Of a stretch of 64,000 bases of DNA, positions 57,585 through 64,000 are shown piece after piece. The translations under genes and the position numbers were made by a program. A model generated the notes under the pieces. It worked only from the letters and a program-made list of their open reading frames with translations, had not been told where the DNA came from and made no database searches. Every line of letters starts with the position of its first letter. Position 1 is the first letter of the stretch. The DNA comes from an uncultured delta proteobacterium (GTDB taxonomy: Bacteria; Desulfobacterota; Binatia; UBA9968), in NCBI GenBank assembly GCA_963737905.1, contig CAVTUQ010000019.1, positions 96,001 to 160,000 of the forward strand, given 5' to 3'.

Positions 57585-57977
57585 ATGCGGAACAGACAAA
57601 AAGCAGCGGCCATTGTCCTGGTATTCGGGTTGCTGTTCCCTGTATTATCCTCAGCTCAGAGTTTGAGTTTTAAGGAGATTCAATCTCGCGTATCTGAGTA
57701 CAAAAGCTGGCTGGATAAGCTCGGTGCCAATGGGTTGCATTACTGGCTTAGAGTCGACGGTACCAAAAGACCTCATCGGCTTTACGTGGGAGAAGGGTTC
57801 ATGCAGGCTACCACGGGTGAGAAAGAGGAATTTATAGAAATCTTCTCCCGCTACCTTGCCGGTCATCCGGAGAAAAACATGCTCATCGATATCTATGACG
57901 GGTCCACCGGCAAGGAAATTGGTGAATATGGATTCGGCGGCTTTAAGCTTTTCACTGTAACGGCTCCCCCTCGATAG
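57585..57977 (+). CDS. Hypothetical exported protein
   Basis: Signal peptide ending SSA, 130 aa, lies between the OmpA gene and a terminator. Confidence 0.7.
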   Translation: MRNRQKAAAIVLVFGLLFPVLSSAQSLSFKEIQSRVSEYKSWLDKLGANGLHYWLRVDGTKRPHRLYVGEGFMQATTGEKEEFIEIFSRYLAGHPEKNMLIDIYDGSTGKEIGEYGFGGFKLFTVTAPPR

Positions 57978-58006
57978 TTTCCTTTCACGAAAGCAAACTG
58001 CTCTCG

Positions 58007-58045
58007 AACCAGGAGGTCCGGAAATCGGGCTTCCTGGTTTTTTTT
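58007..58045 (+). terminator. Intrinsic terminator
   Basis: AACCAGGAGGTCCG-GAAA-TCGGGCTTCCTGGTT followed by a T tract. Confidence 0.8.
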
Positions 58046-58098
58046 CTTTGGTTTTCTAAATTCAAGAGAACGCGATCGGTGCCTAGTTATTAAAAACC

Positions 58099-59430
58099 AT
58101 GCGCTCTTTGCAACAGCAACGGCAAGACGCACGCAGCATATTTGAAGCGGGCCTCGAAGCGTCCGACCCCATGGTGTTGATACGAAGGGGTGTGCGAGTG
58201 GACGGGCAGATTCTTCGCGCCGGCGAACGTCTTTACGATTTGGCAACCTACGGTCATCTCTTTGTGGTCGGCGCGGGCAAGGCGACAGCGAAAATGGCTC
58301 TCGCCGTCGAAGATCTGTTGGGGGAAAGGATTAGCGGAGGAATCGTCATTGTCAAGCGAGGACATACCGTTCCGCTGAGGAAACTAGAGGTTGTCGAAGC
58401 CGCCCACCCGCTCCCGGATCAAGCAGGAGTTGACGCTACTGAGACCATTATCGGGTTGCTGAGACGGGCTCAAAAAACGGATTTCATTCTTTGTCTCATT
58501 TCCGGGGGCGCGTCTGCGCTGCTGTCGTCTCCCGCGATGAGTCTAAGCTTGCACGATAAGCAACAAACCACGCAGGCGTTTCTGAACTGTGGTGCGAGGA
58601 TTCAAGAAATCAACGCGATCCGTAAGCATATTTCCAAAGTCAAAGGAGGTCGACTTGCGCAGCTGGCCCATCCTTCGACTGTTCTATCGCTGATTCTATC
58701 GGATGTGATCGACGACTCCATTGACTCCATTGGTTCGGGACCGACGGCTCCTGACTCGAGCACGTTTGCCGATTGTCTGTCTGCTATTGATCGCTATCGT
58801 GTTGGAGAAATGATTCCCGTCGCCGTGACCCGCTTGCTGAAAAAGGGAGCCGCAGGAGAAATCATAGAAACTCCCAAAGCGGGCGATCCAATCTTTCATA
58901 AAGTCCAAAATCTCATTGTCGGCGATAACCAGTTAGCCTTGTTAGCCGCCAAAGAAAAAGCCGAGACGTTGGGATATGACACGCGAGTTCTTTCGAGCTC
59001 GATTGAAGGCGAAGCGAGGGAGGTGGCGACCGAGCACGCGGTTATGGCAAGAGATATCCTGTCGGATTCCAGTCGGATTCGCCGTCCCGCTTGTATTATT
59101 TCCGGTGGAGAGACGACGGTAACAATCCAAGGTGATGGCTTGGGCGGCCGGAACCAAGAATTCGCGCTCGCGGCGGCCATCGAAATTGACGGGCTGGAGG
59201 GCGTTGTGGTTCTAAGTGGAGGCACGGACGGCACGGACGGGCCGACGGATGCGGCGGGCGGAATCGTTGACGGGACAACGGTTCAGCGCGCACGGGACCA
59301 GGGACTCGATGCACGAGGGTATCTCAGAACAAACGATTCGTACCCTTTTCTAAAGACCGTCGGCGATTTGCTCGTGACGGGACCGACACTGACAAACGTC
59401 ATGGACCTCCGGATGGTCCTCATTGCCTGA
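58099..59430 (+). CDS. Glycerate kinase type 2 (DUF4147 + MOFRL)
   Basis: GAGKA, HPLPD, ISGGASAL, GGETTV, GGRNQE, GTDGTDG, TGPTLTNVMD. Confidence 0.92.
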   Translation: MRSLQQQRQDARSIFEAGLEASDPMVLIRRGVRVDGQILRAGERLYDLATYGHLFVVGAGKATAKMALAVEDLLGERISGGIVIVKRGHTVPLRKLEVVEAAHPLPDQAGVDATETIIGLLRRAQKTDFILCLISGGASALLSSPAMSLSLHDKQQTTQAFLNCGARIQEINAIRKHISKVKGGRLAQLAHPSTVLSLILSDVIDDSIDSIGSGPTAPDSSTFADCLSAIDRYRVGEMIPVAVTRLLKKGAAGEIIETPKAGDPIFHKVQNLIVGDNQLALLAAKEKAETLGYDTRVLSSSIEGEAREVATEHAVMARDILSDSSRIRRPACIISGGETTVTIQGDGLGGRNQEFALAAAIEIDGLEGVVVLSGGTDGTDGPTDAAGGIVDGTTVQRARDQGLDARGYLRTNDSYPFLKTVGDLLVTGPTLTNVMDLRMVLIA

Positions 59431-59586
59431 AGGCGAAAGCAGTCTTCTCCATTCGCCTCCTTCCCGCACCGTCATCCGTGCCCACCCGGGTAGTTGATTT
59501 CGTAAACCATCCGTGATTAAAGTTCTGGCTTTCGGAAGCATTTGTTTTGAACCCATAACATAACCGACGTCGGATGGAGTGAGGAA

Positions 59587-59802
59587 ATGATTGACGTCAG
59601 CTTGCGAGGAGTTCGCTGTCGGGCGGCCCAAGAAATTCTCGATCTCGATGGAACCATTGGCGCTGCCACCGAGGGCACGATTGTCTATGAACTCGAGGGA
59701 GAAGGGGGACAACTGGTACACGTTCAGTGGGACAATGGGACGAGCTCCCTTGTTTCCGCGGAGGAGATTGAGATCACCGACCGCGCCGTGATCTGGCAAT
59801 AA
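59587..59802 (+). CDS. Small SH3-like hypothetical protein (DUF4314-like)
   Basis: GAGG RBS, TEGTIV...VHVQWDNGTSSL. Confidence 0.55.
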   Translation: MIDVSLRGVRCRAAQEILDLDGTIGAATEGTIVYELEGEGGQLVHVQWDNGTSSLVSAEEIEITDRAVIWQ

Positions 59803-59851
59803 CAGAGCTGCAGCTGGGTGGGTCCGCGCAGAGTGAAAACATTTTGGGGAG

Positions 59852-62275
59852 TTAACTAACCTTGACCGCAAGCTTCTGGCCTAACGCCCGGATGTCTTTC
59901 AGCCACGTCTCGGCTGCTTTATCACCCTGCTCCTTCTCCCGTTGCATCTTTGGATAGACGTTTTCGAGAAGGCGGTAGTAGCTGTTTTGGATTTTCCACA
60001 GGTCCACGGGAAAGGGGAGGATTTGAATGATGCTGACGGCAGTGTCCAGCTTCTTTAATTGATTCTCGCTCGGATCTGATGCCAGACGCTCCGCCAGTCG
60101 TTCGAGATTGTGCCGATAGGCGAATTCCAAGGTAGCCGCATCGACGGACACGCCTTCGAGCCAGGCGGTCTCAAGCAGCCCGCGAATTCGGTCTACGTCT
60201 ACATCGTCTTTTTCGAGTGCTTCGCGCAGGTAGCCGTTGAGCACGAATTCCGCCGCCGAGTGAAAAGCTTTGGGCAGCGGGATATGAAGGTTGGTGAGAA
60301 AGCGCATCATGGGCGCGCGGTGTTCATAGATCTGCCGGTAGAGCGCCTCGGCTTCCCGCAAGGTGGACTCGAGTATCACGTTTAGCACTTTGCGCTGCTC
60401 ATCGCGAAACAGCCAGCTGATCGAATAATTCGACTCGCCAAAGCGCCGGTTCATGATGCGGATGACTTCCGCGAAATCGGCGTGCATGAACGGCTCGACT
60501 TCTTCCCGCGTCAATTCTTGGTAAGCATCGGTCCCCTGAAACCTGCGCACGCCTCCGTTAACGTTGTGATCACCCATGTGCAGCACACCAAAACTCAGCA
60601 TTTCCGATTCTTGAGTGATTTCCGATGTGAGCTTTACCCGGCCCACAGCCATTTTGGCTAAGCCGGCGCTGAAAACTTGGTAGTCCTCACGCTCTGCCTT
60701 GAAACAATAGAGCTTCGTTCGCTCCGAATAATCTTCGAAGAGAGAGCTCACCGCGTAGTGTGCGCCGACCCGTTCAAAATCGACCCGGGCGGGCTTCACA
60801 AAGTTTTCATAGATACGCCCGCCGTCGCGGTGTTCCGGGATGTTGCTCTTGGCCTTTGCCAGCCGCTCAACGAATTGTTCTTCCAGGGAGTCGCCGAACA
60901 GGTTTTGGGCCAATTGGACGGCGCGCCCAGCGTATTGGATGATCTGCACGGTTTCGAGGCCTGAGATTTCATCGAAGAACCAGCCGCAGCTCGTATACAT
61001 AAGCATGGCGTGGCGTTGCATTTCGAGCAGCTTCAGCGCTTGGATCAATTCTTTTTCGGTCAAAGGGCGGGCGCGATGGCGGGCGAGAAACGCGTCGACA
61101 TTTGCCGCGGAACGGTCGAGCACCACGCCCACGTAGTCGTCCCGTGCCGCCCACGGATTTTTTAAATATCGCGCGCCGAGTTCTTGATAGCGCGCCGCCA
61201 CCGAGTCGCGCAGCCAATCCAAGGCGTTCCGAAGCGGTACGCGCCATTCTTGGTTCCAACTTGGGTGGCCTCCCGAGTTGCAACCGCAGTTGCTCCACCA
61301 CCTGTCGATGCCGTGGAAACAGCTCCAGGAGGTTCCGTCGATGATCTCGACTTGGTAGGTCGGGGGATGCCGTTCGAGATATTCGCCATAGTTCGTAAGT
61401 CGGGCTAATTGATTAGACTCGATGGTGTTCAAGGCGTAGGCCAATGCCATGTCGCCAAAGCGATGGTGATGGCCATAGCTCTCTCCGTCGGTGGCGATAT
61501 GCACCAGTTCAGGCCAGTCGCGCTCCTCGGAGAAAGCGCCCGCAAGGCGGTGGGCGAAATTCTCGCCGCTGGACAATAAATTCTCAAACGCGACGGCTCG
61601 GGAAACCGGCCCGTCGTAAAAGAACAGCGCGATTGTGCGACCCGAAGGCAGCCGTTGCTCGTAGGCCTGGGTCGGATCGATGTACCCGCCTTTAACGTCG
61701 CGCCATGCGCGGCCGCCGAGCCGCCGGACGCGCCCGGCCTGGTGCGGTGCGAGGATGGTAAATTTGATCCCCATCTCAGCGAGAATTTCCAGCGTTGCTA
61801 GATCCACGGCGGTTTCCGGAAGCCACATTCCTTCCGGCTGCCGTTGGAAACGACGCTCGAAGTCGGAGATGCCCCAGAGGATTTGGGTGCGCTGGTCGCG
61901 GCCGTTAGCCAGCGGAAGGATCATATGATTGTACGCCTGAGCCAATGCGGAGCCGTGACCGGAATAATTCCTTTGACTTTCCCGGTCCGCCTCCAGAACC
62001 GCGCCATAAACATCCGGCGCTTTCGCCTCCAGCCAAGAGAGCAAGGTGGGGCCGAAATTAAAACTGATCTTGGAGTAGTTGTTGACGAGCCGGATGATTT
62101 GGTTGTCGCCGTCGAGAATCCGCGACACGGAATTCGGCGCATAGCACTCCGCTGCAATGCGCTCGTTCCAATCGTGATAGGGGTATGCCGAATCCTGCAG
62201 TTCGACGCTTTCGAGCCAAGGGTTCTCGCGGGGAGGTTGGTAGAAATGGCCGTGAATGCAAATGTAGCGTTCCAT
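59852..62275 (-). CDS. Glycoside hydrolase family 57 + DUF3536
   Basis: HGHFYQPPRENPW, GMWLPET, ATDGESYGHH, MYTSCGWFFD. Confidence 0.93.
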   Translation of the reverse strand: MERYICIHGHFYQPPRENPWLESVELQDSAYPYHDWNERIAAECYAPNSVSRILDGDNQIIRLVNNYSKISFNFGPTLLSWLEAKAPDVYGAVLEADRESQRNYSGHGSALAQAYNHMILPLANGRDQRTQILWGISDFERRFQRQPEGMWLPETAVDLATLEILAEMGIKFTILAPHQAGRVRRLGGRAWRDVKGGYIDPTQAYEQRLPSGRTIALFFYDGPVSRAVAFENLLSSGENFAHRLAGAFSEERDWPELVHIATDGESYGHHHRFGDMALAYALNTIESNQLARLTNYGEYLERHPPTYQVEIIDGTSWSCFHGIDRWWSNCGCNSGGHPSWNQEWRVPLRNALDWLRDSVAARYQELGARYLKNPWAARDDYVGVVLDRSAANVDAFLARHRARPLTEKELIQALKLLEMQRHAMLMYTSCGWFFDEISGLETVQIIQYAGRAVQLAQNLFGDSLEEQFVERLAKAKSNIPEHRDGGRIYENFVKPARVDFERVGAHYAVSSLFEDYSERTKLYCFKAEREDYQVFSAGLAKMAVGRVKLTSEITQESEMLSFGVLHMGDHNVNGGVRRFQGTDAYQELTREEVEPFMHADFAEVIRIMNRRFGESNYSISWLFRDEQRKVLNVILESTLREAEALYRQIYEHRAPMMRFLTNLHIPLPKAFHSAAEFVLNGYLREALEKDDVDVDRIRGLLETAWLEGVSVDAATLEFAYRHNLERLAERLASDPSENQLKKLDTAVSIIQILPFPVDLWKIQNSYYRLLENVYPKMQREKEQGDKAAETWLKDIRALGQKLAVKVS

Positions 62276-62354
62276 GGGGAGCTAAATCACGGCGCGACTC
62301 TGATCGTGAACTTTTCCAAAAGATGCCGCTGTCGTCCGAACGTGCTATCCGACT

Positions 62355-63620
62355 TCAGAATCCTTGCGGCGGTTGACCGGTCATAACCCAGCTGGTTCTT
62401 CGCTCGCCGCGGCCGATCACCACAATCCCGCTTTCGGAGACAAAATAGCGTTGGCGGTCTTGTTCGATATTGTATCCAATTTCGGTTCCTGGAGGGATCA
62501 CGTTCGATTTGTCGATAATGGCTCGGCGAATTTTGCAACCCCGGCCGATTTCCGCCCAGTCCATAATCACGGAGCCTTCGATCTGGCTGTAACTATGAAT
62601 TCTGACATTGCGGCCGACGACGCAGTTCTTGACCGCACTGCCGCTAATGATGGTTCCTTGAGCGACAATGGAGTCCACGGCCATACCCTTGCGATCATAC
62701 CAGTCAAAGACGAACTTGGCCGGCGGGTCGCCAAAGTCCGTCGTTCGAAGCGGCCAGCCGCGATTATATAAATTGAACGAAGGATCCACGGAACACAGAT
62801 CCATGTTGGCTTCGTAGTAGGCTTCGATGGTTCCGATATCGCGCCAGTAACTCGGCTCTTCCCCTTTCTGCGTAGACGGAACGCGGTTTTTGCGAAAGTC
62901 GTAGGCGTAGACTGCTTTTTTATTGATCAGCGATGGAAGGATATCGCGGCCAAAGTCATGGTTGCTTGATTCTAGTTTTGCGTCCTGAATCATAGCCTCA
63001 ATCACGCTATCGGTATTAAAAAGGTAGTTGCCCATAGAGACCAGCACCGAATCAGGTTCGCCGGGAATAGGTTTCGGCAGGCCCGGTTTCTCGTCGAAGC
63101 CGACGATACGCCAATCGGGGTCGACTTCTATGACCCCAAACTGGCTCGCCTCTTCGATTTTCACCGGCAACGCCGCGACGGTGACATCGGCGCCTTTTTT
63201 TTGGTGCTCGTCAATCATCTGGCGAATGTTCATTCGGTAGATATGGTCCGCGCCGAAGACAGCCACGAGCCGGGGTCTGTGTCGCTCAATCAAATACAAG
63301 TTCTGATAAACAGAGTCGGCGGTACCCTGATACCAATCCTTGCCCATGCGCATCTGGGCCGGAACCGGCGTGATGAAGTGATCTCCCAAGAAATCAGTGG
63401 TTCGCCAGCCCTTTTCCAGATGCTCCAATAACGATTGCGCTTTGAATTGTGTCAGAACGTAGATCGAAAGGATGCCGGAATTCACGAAATTGGAAAGGAC
63501 GAAATCGACAATTCTGTACCGGCCTCCGAACGGTACTGCGGGCTTCGCTCGGTGTGCCGTCAAGGGATAGAGACGCTCGCCCCTACCGCCCGCGAGGACA
63601 ATTCCCAAGACATACATCAT
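62355..63620 (-). CDS. glgC: Glucose-1-phosphate adenylyltransferase
   Basis: LAGGRGERLYPLT..RAKPAVPFGG, WYQGTAD, ADHIY, DEKP, SMGNY, YWRDIG. Confidence 0.96.
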   Translation of the reverse strand: MMYVLGIVLAGGRGERLYPLTAHRAKPAVPFGGRYRIVDFVLSNFVNSGILSIYVLTQFKAQSLLEHLEKGWRTTDFLGDHFITPVPAQMRMGKDWYQGTADSVYQNLYLIERHRPRLVAVFGADHIYRMNIRQMIDEHQKKGADVTVAALPVKIEEASQFGVIEVDPDWRIVGFDEKPGLPKPIPGEPDSVLVSMGNYLFNTDSVIEAMIQDAKLESSNHDFGRDILPSLINKKAVYAYDFRKNRVPSTQKGEEPSYWRDIGTIEAYYEANMDLCSVDPSFNLYNRGWPLRTTDFGDPPAKFVFDWYDRKGMAVDSIVAQGTIISGSAVKNCVVGRNVRIHSYSQIEGSVIMDWAEIGRGCKIRRAIIDKSNVIPPGTEIGYNIEQDRQRYFVSESGIVVIGRGERRTSWVMTGQPPQGF

Positions 63621-63641
63621 TGCACCTCTACTGTTACCTCC

Positions 63642-64000
63642 TCAATGTAAAAGCTTCTCGTATAGGTTGCTGTACGCTTGAGCTGAGCGAGCCCATGAAA
63701 AGTCCATGCGCATCGCTCGATGGATCAGCGCGGTCCAGGACCGCTTCTCGGTGAAAACCTGTAATGCCCTTTCAATGCTTTCCCATAGCGCGGGCGGCTC
63801 GTATCTGTCAAAAACAAAACCGGTACCCTTGCCGGGCTCGGCGTCATAGTCGATCACCGTATCTTTTAGCCCGCCGATTGCCCGGACGATCGGCATTGTA
63901 CCATACTTCAAGCTGAACATCTGGTTGAGGCCGCAGGGTTCGTACAGGGACGGCATCAGAAAAATGTCCGCGCCCGCTTCGATGCGATGGGCTAAGGCCT
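63642..64000 (-). CDS. glgA: Glycogen synthase, C-terminal part (truncated by the window edge)
   Basis: HRIEAGADIFLMPSLYEPCGLNQM, GGLKDTV, DFSW. Confidence 0.93.
   Translation of the reverse strand, partial: ALAHRIEAGADIFLMPSLYEPCGLNQMFSLKYGTMPIVRAIGGLKDTVIDYDAEPGKGTGFVFDRYEPPALWESIERALQVFTEKRSWTALIHRAMRMDFSWARSAQAYSNLYEKLLH

Overview
A gene-dense, GC-rich bacterial window. The gene content suggests Candidatus Binatia or a related 'Deltaproteobacteria' lineage (inference only): about 10 orphan substrate-binding proteins, four UbiD paralogs, and Rieske, amidohydrolase and cupin catabolic genes. Main contents: (1) an IS110-family, IS1111-type element (952-2511) inserted into an ABC substrate-binding gene at a CG core, with readable target and donor guide candidates in its 3' non-coding end; (2) an apparent operon (7986-15942) with two heme-oxygenase-like (CADD/PqqC-type) diiron protein + UbiD pairs and a signal-peptide-less SBP-fold protein, the best candidate for an undescribed pathway; (3) a phthaloyl-CoA-decarboxylase-like UbiD followed by an internal terminator and two class III CoA-transferase subunits, plus a separate Rieske/OphC-like aerobic cluster; (4) a small C2H2 zinc-finger gene with a sigma54 promoter and upstream palindrome; (5) envelope genes (YdbH/YnbE-YdbL, polyproline OmpA lipoprotein, HAD-UbiA, TMTC-like TPR glycosyltransferase); (6) housekeeping genes (panE, proC, rfbD-like, glycerate kinase, GH57, glgC, partial glgA). 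About nine single-base frameshifts in unrelated genes suggest sequencing or assembly indels. No rRNA, tRNA or CRISPR array was recognised. Product calls come from motif recognition and memory, not database searches.
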